NCBI RefSeq assembly: GCF_964355755.1
Contig: NC_092670.1
Location: 37,684,388-37,748,387, forward strand
Reading direction: 5' to 3'
Length of the DNA: 64,000 bases
DNA from: Antedon mediterranea
Lineage: Eukaryota; Animalia; Echinodermata
Part shown: positions 23,396-35,365 of the stretch, piece after piece
How positions within the stretch are numbered: position 1 is the first letter of the stretch
How the letters are laid out: the number at the start of each line of letters is the position of its first letter
Position numbers and translations under genes: made by a program
Notes under the pieces: generated by a model
What the model saw: only the letters and a program-made list of their open reading frames with translations
Told to the model about the DNA's origin: nothing
The model's database searches: none

Positions 23396-25030
23396 GTGTT
23401 CGATAACTATACTAACTGCATTACCCGTTATTATCGGAACAGAGACCGGTTTACTGTGAAAGGTAATCCACCAGCATTGTTTTTCGATGGAAAGAAAGTG
23501 GTAAAAAGTTCCCAACTGCAAAACTTGGTAATAAATAACTTTTATTCTGCAAAGGGATGCGGAGCTAGACGTTTAAACAACCGTTTAAAAGAAAAGTTTT
23601 CTGGAATTTCCGAACCATCGATATACAATGTGCTTTCAAAAAGCCAAATTCACCGCCGTCTGCAAGGTAAGTTTACAAATAAAGCTCCAAATCGACCAAT
23701 AGTAGCAAACTCCGTGATGGATCGTATACAGATTGATCTAGTTAACATGCAGAAATCTATCAAATATAAGGGGAAACACTATAGATATATATTGAGCACA
23801 CCCGATGTATTTAGTAGGTACGTATATGGTTAAAACATTAAAAGAGAAAATCTAGCAGTATGGTGGCGAAGCAACTGATTGAATTATAACATTTTCGGTA
23901 ATCCCAGAATTGTACAGAGCGACCAGGGACCAGAATTTCGTGGGAAAGTATTTTCCATGTTAGAACAGAGATGAATAAAAGTTCACCATACCATCCTTAA
24001 TCACAAGGCAAGATTGAACGCTTTCATAGAAATCATTTGACTTGCTTACATGCAAAAAAGAGGTTTGAATTGGGTACGTCAACTACCGTCATACGCTAAA
24101 CTTATTAACGAAGAACCTAAAGAAGTTCTTGCTTGGCAATCGCCTTAATTATGAAGTATTTTATGGTAGGAAGACCGACTGTAAGCATAATGGCACATCG
24201 GATGTAGGTGGGAATGTTAACAAATGGATGAAAAACCTGAAATCCATCCGCTCGAAAGCTCGTACTGCTTTCAAAATGGTTAATAAACGCACTGCTAAAT
24301 ATCAAGAGCGAAAACTTAAAGTACCAATTTAAAAAGTTGGGAACACTTTTACGATTAAAAACAAAAAAGTCTAGAGTAACACACAAAGTGACCGTATGTC
24401 CAGGAAGGATTATTGGAAGGAAACTGAAAGCGTACATGTACAAGGTGGAGTTCTGTCATCATCCTGTTACGGAAGCTAATGTTAAAAAATGGGTATCAGT
24501 GTCCAATATAACTGCAGATACACTGTGCACTCAAAGGCAACGAGAAAGAGAACGTACGGTCAATTTTTTAAAAAAACGGAAAATGATACGACAGAAATTG
24601 TATCAGATAATCAAAAATTGATGACTCAATTCACAACGAATTTGGGTTTAATGTTGACTACGACCCAGCGGGAAATGTTAATTGCCAATTCAATGCTATG
24701 CTATCAATTACAAAACCTAGGATTATTCAGATCTTACGAAACACTCAGAAGTGAGGTAGTGCATTACTTAGAAAGTGGGCCACATCTTGGAAATTCCAAT
24801 ACAGTAGTGTAACACCATGGTCAAATTTTTAAACTGAAACACCCGACAATCTTGCTCGCATGTCACGAAATGGTACATTTGGAGACCATTTAACACTTGT
24901 TAACAGTTGTTTCTGAATTATTTTACATTCAGCTAATTTTTGTATCAACATTAAACGGAGTAACAAGTATTATTCGTCCAGATGGCAGTGATACATTTTC
25001 ATTGGACATGCCTTACATCGTTCTTGGACG
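23396..25030 (+). pseudogene. Decayed Ginger/KRBA2-like DDE integrase (rve) with C-terminal OTU-like protease domain
   Basis: RIQIDLVNM, DVFSRYV-WL, FGNPRIVQSDQGPEF and SSPYHP*SQGKIERFHR give the D,D,E triad. Downstream: DPAGNVNCQF, RMSRNGTFGDHLTL, PYIVLG. Multiple frameshifts and stops. Confidence 0.85.
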
Positions 25031-25668
25031 TTCAATCAGGCTGTAGTGTCAATAGAAGAACCAAGACTTCACATTAATTCCTACATATTGGATGCACTAA
25101 AATTGTCAAATGCGACAGATTATGAACATGTTATCAGTGTCAGAAAATTTATAAGGGAACGCAGGAAAATCCAGTGGACTGGACAATGATGCTTTGGATA
25201 TTCCTACCTGTTAAAAAATGGCATAGTGGTTGGTTGGTTTTATGTAAAACAACACTACCTGGTTGGTTCGTGATTAAGCGATTTTTTTTTCAAGTGTACT
25301 ATTAGTAGATCACATTATGTAATCGCATTGCAACTCCTCCTTAAATATTTTGTTAGGTAATTCGTAAAAGCCAGTTTGTTCCTCAGTAATACCGTTATAC
25401 ATTGTACGTTGTTATTTATTTATTCTTATTTACTTATATTATGCATGATTATATTTCTTTAAATTGTCGAATATACGTTTGGTTCCCACATCTTTTGATT
25501 GTAGATTTATATGAGTTAAATAAATTACAATGCATTTAACTTCAACTTTTGTTTGTTCTAAATGTGCAAATAGGTAATATTATTCTCATTACACATGGCA
25601 GTAATTTATGATAATGCTAAATTTAAATAATTATCCGCTAAAAATGTATATACATGTTAAACAATCAG

Positions 25669-25829
25669 CATAAGATTAAACCACGCATGTATATAGTATA
25701 TAGTACTAGGAAGTTTTGTCCATTAGTATAATTGTTATAGATTTTATATATAAAAATCTATAACAATTATACTAATGGACAAAACTTCCTATACTACTAC
25801 TGTATATACATGCGTGGTTTAATCTTATG
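25669..25829. repeat. 161-bp near-perfect palindrome (hairpin)
   Basis: Arms cataagattaaaccacgcatgtatata...taggaagttttgtccattagtataattgttatagatttt mirror each other around ~25749. Confidence 0.9.
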
Positions 25830-26283
25830 AAGTATGTTTTATAAAATACATGTTCGTGACAAGTATGATACTATCGTATCGTGTATTATGTTTGGTTGGA
25901 TACTGGTGTTACGGTATTATTCTATGTTACAATTTGTTTATCATATTTTAGCATTCATTTCTTAACATAATTATATCTTCGCATATTAATTATTTTAGCA
26001 TATTTATTTCTTAAATTTATTTATGTATTCATATATTTATCGTTAACACGTCAACATTGCCATCATTTTTATTGTTTCCCCTTTATGGGTAAGGTAAAGT
26101 TTATCCGGGTTATCTGTTTGTTTCTTCCCCCTTTTCGCGTATCATCCGCATCGCATTTACAGAACCACATCCCACTCTATAATCTTCCCCATCCGACAAG
26201 GAATTATCCGCTCAGTTTTGAACTTTGATCAGAATTAAATGGTAACCAGCAAACGACAGTAGTATATTAAACTAAACAAAGAG

Positions 26284-27000
26284 TTGTTATTATTTTATTA
26301 TTATTTATTTAGTGCCTCTTCGCCGAGTAATCTCCGCCTGGGCTGCATTTCTTACTACTCTTGGTACCAGGTTTCTCCATTCCTTTCGTTTGTTGGTAGT
26401 GCCTCTTCGCCGAGTAATCTTCTGATTTCTCCGCCTGGGCTGCCTTGCTTACTTTTTGTACCAGGTTTCTCTATTCCTTTCGTTTGTTGGTAGTGCCTCT
26501 TCGCCGAGTAATCTTCTGATTTCTCCGCCTGGGCTGCCTTGCTTACTTTTGGTACCAGGTTTCTCCATTCCTTTCGTTTGTTGGTAGTGCCTCTTCGCCG
26601 AGTAATCTTCTGATTTCTCCGCCTGGGCTGCCTTGCTTACTTTTGGTACCAGGTTTCTCCATTCCTTTCGTTTGTTGGTAGTGCCTCTTCGCCGAGTAAT
26701 CTTCTGATTTCTCCGCCTGGGCTGCCTTGCTTACTTTTTGTACCAGCTTTCTCCATTCCTTTCGTTTGTTGGCCAACTTTCTAAAATAGTCAACATCTTT
26801 CATTGTCTCCAGCCTCATCATGCTAGTGGGGTTCACCTTTTTTATGTCATTGTTTAAAGTAACTGGAAGTGTGCATTTAGGCCTACCTCTGTATTTTTTG
26901 TGTTTTGTGTTTGTGAAGTAAAACTTTATGGCCAGATTTGGTGGTGTATTCCTATCGTGTCTCAATATATGTCCGAAAAGCTTCCATCGTGTTATATCTT
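26284..27000 (-). mobile_element. LINE 3' end (RTE-like) with (TAA)n-like tail and tandemly repeated terminus
   Basis: RWKLFGHILR...RGRPK...ANKRKEWR; the last 94 nt are repeated about 5 times (26310-26772). Confidence 0.85.
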
Positions 27001-27384
27001 TTTTAAATGACGACCAAATCTGAGAGAAAAAAATGGAACTCATCGAAAAGATAGTATGTCACACTCTACATAGGTCTGCCAAATGTCTAGACATTTAATT
27101 ATATTAATAAAATAAAGATAACATTATGATTTATGAATGGCGGGAACTTGGCTATACAATTATTATATAGGCCTACCATGAAGAAAAGTATTTGTGGTTT
27201 TATTATTTAAATAGATTCACGAGATTTTTTTTTATTTGAATGCTCAACTCAAAATAATAATACAGTATAACAGATACTATCGATCATTGACACGGACACC
27301 ACTTCCCGAGAGTCCCGATGGAGGAGAAAGAAATGAAACACTCGAACACTTCTTCTAGCATCTTATAATACAGTAATAATAATT

Positions 27385-27660
27385 AATGTATACAAACAAA
27401 TTTGACCTGAAATGACGGTTTAAAACGCAAGAAAACTTCTTCTAACATTTAAAAATAATAATTACTTGGTACCAAATTGGACCTGAAATCATACCGTTTA
27501 AAACGCAAGAAAACTTCTTCTAACATCTAAAAATATTAATTACTTTGTACCAATTTGGACCTGAAATGATACCGTTTAAAACGCAAGAAAACTTTTTCTA
27601 ACATCTTATAATATTAAGTAACGTGTACAAACAACTTTGACGTAAAATGAATTATAAAAC
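27385..27660. repeat. about 79-bp tandem repeat, 3-3.5 copies
   Basis: gacctgaaat...gtttaaaacgcaagaaaactt...ctaacat recurs. Confidence 0.8.
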
Positions 27661-29100
27661 AAACGCACAACAGTTAACAAAATTTATGTTTTGTTTCTAC
27701 GGCGGCGGTACGTAGAACGATGCGCTACATACATCGCTTTATAAACACTCTCTGGCTAAAATTCCGAAAAGGAATAAGCAGTTAATAATAATGTATCGGT
27801 GGTAGGCTAAACACCGAATATACAACACATACAAAACAAAACTCTTTATTCTTGGACAGCAAAGTGTTATATAATTGCTGCCTACCTAAGTTGTACGAAT
27901 AAAATAACCGAAATAAGAACATTTTGAGGCTGAACAAGGGATAAAAAGAATTTATTTCTTCCAAAAAACGCCGCTCGACTTTTTTGACGTAGGCCTAAAG
28001 TCTTAATGTTCTTTCTTCATTAAATTATTTTTTATCGATATTCTATTTAATAATTTAAGAAATAGGCCTAATGATTTATTATCAATTATTATCATTAGTA
28101 GACATGTTGTGTAACGTAAATATAGTTGGTTTCCTAATGCTTCCGTCCTTTTGAATATAACTGCCTAAAGGTGAAAAAAGTTTTGTGTGAAACGTGTAGG
28201 CCTTACACAATAATGTACTATACCTGTGTTTATTTAATTTACTCGGGGACCTGCAAAAGTGATTCCCCATATAGACTATATATTGGTGGTTATTATTGAC
28301 TGTTGAATGACCATTGTAATGCATTTTAAAGTTATAAAAACATCAAATGTCTGTCTCGTGATGCAATATACAGTTAGCAAACTATTTTAAAAACCACAAG
28401 GCTATCATAGGATGGAAATGAGTATCGTTGACAAACATCATAAGATCCGGTATTATAGTTTGAAAGGATGGGGGGGATTTAGTGTTCAATATAACATTCC
28501 TCCTGAATTCCTTTTTTATGTATTTGTACTGTAATTGAGAATGGGCCCCGTTAAAGTCAACATACAGATATATTTCACGAATTATTGAATAAGAATTCCA
28601 ACAATTTACCTTAATAATTATGTCCTTGACAAAATATCAAATTGAACATAGGTTACCTTTTTATATTTATCCAAAATCATGATTAGGTGGACACTTTCAA
28701 CATTTTCATTTCATTTTCTCAATTTTATTCTAAAAACGTTCTTGTTGGCTCTTAATTAATTTTTTTTAAATGTCAGTCGTGCGTTTAATTAATTATTAAT
28801 TAATTAATTTAATCAATATTAATGTCCCTCCTTGTTTGTGGGACAAACAATTTCCCGTATTAGTAAAAATCCGCGTTTACAATGAACGCGCACGGGAGGT
28901 GTCACCGAGAACAACAGCGCGTTACAATGTATGGGTGTGACCGGTAGGGTGGGAGGGTGGGGCCAAGTAACAAAATGTCTTTCGTCCTTGCTGTTTTCTT
29001 TTTATTACGGAAAAGGTATACAGGATCATCCGTATCTTCCTATCCTCTACGGAGTACACTGATCAACCACCAGGAACTCACAATGGCCACAAGCACGAAA

Positions 29101-29548
29101 CATTAGCAAGGTCATGTACACGATGCGTTTGCCAAAAAACGTGCATAACATGGAGGGGTATGAGGCAGACACACATGAAGAAATATGTATTTTTATGGGT
29201 GAAATGTTCTTATTTAAATTTAGATAAATAGCGATACCCAAACAATATATCACTATGAGCCGGTCAATTTGTAAAAAGGTGCATGAAATAGACCTTGCTG
29301 GATAAGTTTACATAGACCTTGCTGGGTAAGTTTACAGGTGTACATTAGCAAGGTCATGTACACGATGCGTTTGCCAAAAAACGTGCATAACATGAAGGGG
29401 TATGACAGGACGTGCAGACACACATACAGAAATATGTGTTTTTATGGGTGAAATGTTCTTATTTAAATTTAGATAAATAGCGATACCCAAACAATATATC
29501 TCTATGAGCCGGTCAATTTGTAAAAAGGTGCATGAAATAGACCTTGCT
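29101..29548. repeat. about 200-bp direct duplication (29101-29298 / 29343-29548)
   Basis: cattagcaaggtcatgtacacgatgcg...gaaatagaccttgct occurs twice. Confidence 0.9.
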
Positions 29549-30614
29549 TTTACATGTGTAGCCTACTTGTTTGTAGTCCAAACAGTTCGTCTGGTAATAT
29601 ACAAGAGTAATGTAGGTTACATTATGTAATGAGTGGTATGTTTTATCATGCCTAGATATCCGGTCAGTAGGCCTACCGTAGTTCGACCATGCTGGTATAA
29701 TGTATACCTACATGGCTAGACACATGGCATTGCTATAGGAGGAGTTGAATATAAAAGAGGAAGTTGTAATAGTGCAATATTAGTTGAATTGCCCAGTATA
29801 ACCTTTATTTAATCTTTCAGACGTGTAGGTAGGCGTTACGATTTTTAATTTTTTGCATCATATTATTTAGCATGTAAACTAAAATAATTTGACCTTTTGA
29901 CACTAGTAAGGTCAAATTTCCCCTTATTTGGTGGTTAATCAGCTTACCTCATAAGTTGGGTTTTTGAAACAGTTGGTTTATCTCAAGATTTACACCACAC
30001 ACGACCATTACATGCGTAAATTGTTATGTCCGAACGGGCTTTAAGACATTAATGCAAAGTCAAAAATCGAAGCTCCCTATTAAGATTACAAGCGTCAGGA
30101 AATTTGGAGGTAGTGGGATTATAAATATTAAAGTACTTTAGTGAATAAATTGCCGATGCCCGACAGTTTATTGTCTCTATATACCTATTATCAGGCCTAT
30201 CGTACGAGGATTGGGTTGAAAGAGAGGCGGTCTTTTCTTTTATAAACTACAAACAACGAATATCAATTGTTAAAAAACCATACATTATTATTATTTGACA
30301 AAGTTGTCGTTGTTCTGTTTTTATTTCATCCATACCTTCAAGTATACGTATACTCGGAATTGGAGTGATATTGAACAAATAGTAATCAAAATCAATGAGA
30401 CACGAGGTTTAAGAAAGGTAGGATCTACCTTTAAAAAAAATTAGCCTAGGCCTACTTACGAGCGCGTAAGCGTGGTTCCCACTTTAGGACACAACGCAAA
30501 GACATACGTAAGCGCAACGATAGTAAGGTGACCAATTACGACGCGTGATAGATTATAATCCATCGGCGGCGGATCGTGATTGGTCAACTGCGATGCGTAT
30601 AACAACATCTCTAC

Positions 30615-30796
30615 AGCGTGGTTCCCACTAGCGACGCAACACAAGGACGTAACGCAACGCAAGTGAATTGACCAATCACAAGCGATGGCTCATTCGCTTG
30701 TGATTGCTAACTGTCTATAACTTCGCTTGTCATTGGTTAAAACACTTGCGTTGCGTTTACGTCCTTTCGTTACGTTCTAGTGGGAACCAAGCTTTA
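30615..30796. mobile_element. High-copy Harbinger/Tourist-like MITE (AGC(G/T)TGGTTCCCACTAG TIRs, TAA/TTA flanks)
   Basis: Copies at 35582-35762, 47281-47456, 49650-49847, 50659-50828, 50995-51203, 58886-59067, 62356-62588, 62729-62834 and 63285-63465, plus fragments; at least two internal subtypes. Confidence 0.85.
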
Positions 30797-30899
30797 ATAC
30801 CGTATTAAAAGCTTTTGTAAAAATGAATTCCTACTGCTTTCCCACAACGACGCTTTGAGTTTGCGCTCAACGCAATTAGTTAATTTCACATTATTATTA

Positions 30900-31140
30900 T
30901 TATTGACGTAATTCATTTCCGTTTCTACAAGTGTTCTTATTGGTTAAAAGTAATACTCGCTCGTCATCAGTCACCGAATTGTGTGGCGTTAGTCATCCGT
31001 TTCATTCATAATATTATGTTGTGAACAGGCTAAATATTATTATTGTACTCTGCTTGGACGAATGTTAGTTCGCAAAAATGTGGCGCCCTTTGGGAGGAGT
31101 TGGGAGGAGTTAGGAAGTTACGTCATATAAATATAAATTT
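30900..31140 (+). promoter_or_regulatory. Putative promoter of the 31289 gene
   Basis: TATAAATA at 31126 directly preceded by TTACGTCA (31118, CRE/ATF-C/EBP) and AGGAAG (ETS); also TGACGTAA at 30904, TTTCCGTTTC at 30916 (ISRE/EICE-like) and TTAGTCA at 30989 (AP-1-like). Confidence 0.55.
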
Positions 31141-31288
31141 TTATAAATACAATACCGGTACCTATAATTCGACACTTCGGCTACAATTATATCATTCGAT
31201 AAAACTTTCTTGAAGGCTGAACAACTTGTTGCTTGCTTGCTTGACAGTCACCACTTTACAGCACTACCGTTAAGCCATCGTTTAAACA

Positions 31289-31331
31289 ATGTATACCATT
31301 TTGAGACAACTTTTGACTTTTGCATTGCTTG
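31289..31331 (+). CDS. secreted protein exon 1 (MYTILRQLLTFALLG)
   Basis: aaacaATG start context, G|gtgagt phase-1 donor. Confidence 0.75.
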
Positions 31332-34300
31332 GTGAGTTTCTTAATTTATTTTTATCTATTTCAATTTTTAAATAATAATAATAATAATCATATTAATATT
31401 TTTATAATATTGTGAGTGTTATACCTATTAGATGCAACATCTACTTTTGTGTACCGAATTCTAGATTCATGTAAAAACATTTTGACTCAATCTTTCCTAA
31501 AAATAGTAGAGTCCCATGTACATTAGACATACGCATTGTCACTCGGTATGGCATGAATGTATAGTAAATAGTCTAATTAGGTTAAATTAATTTATTTTAT
31601 TTATTATTTTAATCTATATTTTAGATTGTTTATAGAATTGATATTGTGTAGTAGAAGAAGGCACACCGCTGTTGTGTTTGTGAGAAGCCTGTCTTTATAC
31701 TATACGTCCGCTCAAACAACTACCCCCCCCCCCCCTGCCCAACCTCCTTCCACATGTGAACTGTGCTTATCCGTGTCTGATGATTAATTTTATTTTTGCT
31801 AACAGGTTATCTAATATGCGAATGTAATTGCGAAAAAAAAAAATGTAGCTTAAGGGTGTTTGCTACGTCGTATTGGTTAGATAACAATAATTTATCTTGC
31901 TCCGACGAAACTAAGGAATGGGATGATATAACCGAAATAGTACAAACATTCAAAGAGAACAAATCGGTAGGACCTACTTTTTTTTTAAACTTAGCTTACG
32001 AGTTTGAAAGCATGTTCACCACCAATGACAAGCGGCAGTTAATCCATCGCTTGTTATTGGTCAACTCAGTTACTTTGCGTTACGTCCTTGTGTTGTATCT
32101 CTAGTGAGAACCAAGCTTTAGACACAACGCAAGGATCTACGTAAGCGCAACGCTAGTAATTGATCAATCACGACGCGTGATAGATCACACTTATCGCGTC
32201 GCGCGTGATTGGTCAAATTAACTGCGACGCGTCCAAGTACCAAAATCTCTCAAATGCCGTATTAATATTAAAAGCTTTTGTAAAAATCCAATTCCTGCTG
32301 CTTTCCCACAACGACGGTTATAAGTTTATATAACTTATTATCTTTATAATCTAATACAATGATAAATGTTGGTATGATATTAATTACAGTATTTATGTTA
32401 TCTATGATCTTAAAGGATGATGAACTAGTATTAGCTGTAACAAATAAACTGTTAAAGGGCGTGTTCGCAATGCTGTTAAGCTTAGATGACAATGTTAATG
32501 ATAATCTACAAACTGACGTCCTCGATGCTTTGTGTTCTCTAAAGATAAAATCAAACGATTTCAAAATTAAAGAAAAGGAGGTTAGTACACTCATTCGTTT
32601 TTAAAAATAGCATATAAAATAAATAAAGAAGAAATAATCAGAATTCGTTTCAACAATACGGCATTTTTTTGGGTAAGAGATTCAACAATGCACTTTTATG
32701 TTTATGAACAGGTAAATCATTTTTACTTCAGACTAAACTTTCTTGCAGCTTCACAATAAAATGAAATTCATACATTACAGTAAAACTCAAGCGACCCATC
32801 ATCCACTTACCAAAAAAATTACATCTTTAAAGCAATATAATATTCGTTAATGGCAACAAATTATACAATGATCTCCCACTGTGAATTTAAGATATCCCCC
32901 ACCCCTAAAAAAATCTTATTTCAACAATAACTTCCAAATAAAATTCCCTTCACAAGTTTAATTGTAGGCCTAGACCTTCCAATTGATTATTTCTATATTT
33001 TAAGTATGTCCATGGCAATTACATAATTTGTAAAGTATTTTGAATGCCAAGATGTTGTTATAATTAGCTATATTATTATATTTTATAAAACACTTAAGAG
33101 AGACAGTACAGGAATCTATGTTAAAACGAATAATGAATGTATTTATATTCGTGGAGATTCCATTTCCACTTGGAAATAGCATTTAGTTGTGTCTTGTCAT
33201 CTCATGACATTAATTTGTACCACACTCAACATTCATTAATTGTATAAAATGATATAACATTAGTATCAATTGAATTTTATTTTGCAAAACTTCCTTGGGT
33301 TAACCCTCAGATATAGAAGCTTAATTCGACTATTACAGTTAAAGCCCCATTCCCTACGTTTTTTAGATCTAATTTAAGATCACAAACTATATTTAATGTA
33401 AAAATAATACTATATGGTCCTATTGCGATAACTTTTTTCGTCTTTAAACGGTTAAAAATGTGAAAAATAAGTCGATTTTAATAATTATAGCGGCCCGCTA
33501 TAAATCCCAAAATGCATTGCGCGCGGATTGATATTTTTGTTTTTCACCTGTAATTCGCCCACTTTTCGATCGATCGTGAGGCCAAAACAAATGGAAGACT
33601 CCTAACTTTTCAGCGAAAATACCGGGTTTTCCCCAATTTGTATCAACGGAGTCTGGCAAAAATAGAAAGACAATTAATGCAGCAACTATACAACGTCAGG
33701 CTAGGTATATAGCTAGCGTACGATGTTCGCACGTTACCGATGTTTACCAGCTAGGCCTACAAAACCAAGCCTAGCCAGGCTAGGCCTAAGACCGTCCACG
33801 AGAGGTCGATCGCCGCGAGGTACATTGTTTCTCACTTTTTATCATAATTTACCATAAAACGTACATTTAAGACAAGGAATGACATGGTTTAATGTTTTTA
33901 AAGTGATATATATGTATTATTTTCCAAAAAACGTCCAAAATTGCAGGGAAGGGGTCTTTAAAAGTGAAGTTCTAAAATTAGACGAGTCTAATAGCTTGAT
34001 TGTCGGTAGAGGTTTGTTATGACAGCGCTGCGCCCTCTATCATGGCTACGCTACTCTCTGATTCTGACACGCCTGGGTTCTAGACCGAAATTAGTATGAG
34101 TAAAATGATCAATTGTTTAGCACATATTATGGCGTTTCATATGTACGTACATATATCTGAGATCTGAGTTTTCTAGATCTGAGTTTTCTAGACACCACTC
34201 GTATTTTCGTATTTTTTTGTAGTATCTAAAAAATCTAAAAACCGACGTAGGCCTAGGCCTAATTGGTGGATTAACATAATCCTAAAATAGTTAGGCCTAT

Positions 34301-35011
34301 AGGCCTAAATATAAAACGCATCTTTTTTACGTAACAGATTTAATTATTGTTGTTTCTTCTTTAAATGATATAACAAGAAATAATGGTTTGTTATCATTTT
34401 TGTTTAGGCCTAACAATCAGTAAATATATTTTGTGTAACGTAATTTCTGAAATGAACGAAGTCCTAAAAGTCCTAAACTAAACTATAGGCCTAACTACTG
34501 TACATTCTGGGACAGAGGCGTTACTTCCTAATGCCGTAGTGACCCCAACATTCCAAATTTATAATTTCCCAGCCGCCAACAAACGTACTAACTAATCAAA
34601 CAATTCTTCATCTATACACACCATTCGCCAACAATATTTACCATAGAGGAATGATTGTTTTAACTTTGATAAATTGACAGCCAAAACGAAATCAATATTA
34701 ATTTTACTGAACTGGTCTCACAGACTACTGTCTCTGCCGACAATTTGTCAGAGTTACCAAAGAATATTATATCAGTTAGTTAGTAATTAAATATACACGT
34801 GTTTTTTTTTTTATAGCTTATGAACTTAATACCAACTAGGAATTACACAACAGGAGAGATAAATGACAGAGTCCGGTACATCATTACGTGTGTGATAGGG
34901 AAGTCGTCTGAGTTGGACCCAAGTATTGGTGACAATTTTATACTATCTATTTCTGACAGATTTTGCTTCCGTACTACGTCCACTACCACCACCACTACCA
35001 CCATTGAATGA
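31289..35011 (+). CDS. 187-aa secreted protein, candidate four-helix-bundle cytokine (4 exons)
   Basis: Exons 31289-31331, 31806-31966, 32416-32580 and 34817-35011 join into one open frame via canonical sites; N-terminal signal peptide MYTILRQLLTFALLGYLICECNC. Confidence 0.75.
31806..31966 (+). CDS. secreted protein exon 2
   Basis: tttttgctaacag acceptor with a branch-like ctaac, TCG|gtagga phase-0 donor. Confidence 0.75.
32416..32580 (+). CDS. secreted protein exon 3 (DDELVLAVTNKLLKGVFAMLLSL...DVLDALCSLK)
   Basis: taaag acceptor, GAG|gttagt donor, phase 0-0. Confidence 0.7.
33339..33962. mobile_element. TTAA-flanked non-autonomous TIR element (Kolobok-like)
   Basis: ttaaagcccccattccct ... 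agggaaggggtctttaa. Confidence 0.65.
34817..35011 (+). CDS. secreted protein exon 4 (…INDRVRYIITCV…TTTIE*)
   Basis: poly-T plus atag acceptor, phase 0, stop TGA. Confidence 0.7.
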   Translation, partial: LMNLIPTRNYTTGEINDRVRYIITCVIGKSSELDPSIGDNFILSISDRFCFRTTSTTTTTTTIE

Positions 35012-35365
35012 TGAAATCAAATAGGAAACCTTTTCGTTTTCTCTCTGGGTTTTTCTTTTCATTCATTTGTATCAAATACAGGGTTAGGAAGTATGCCACA
35101 CAAGGTTCGTAGCACAATTAGTGTAAACTAAATTATTCGCTTGGTTCAATAATGTTAAGCAGATTATAATAATTTAGGCCGACCTTTAGAAAACAATAGT
35201 TTACCTTTTTTTGTAATTGATTATTTTTATTTATGTATATAAACAAAATATTCACATTCCATTTATAGCCTGTATGATCGTTTTTCTGAAATACAACCTT
35301 TTATATTTTGATGTGTCGGTATACGGTTAAATTTTATTCTCACTATACGACGGAATACAAGCCCT

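Noticed and set aside
26878-26885. TAGGCCTA copy as a footprint
   Set aside because: Here it is native coding sequence of the conserved RGRP motif of the LINE.
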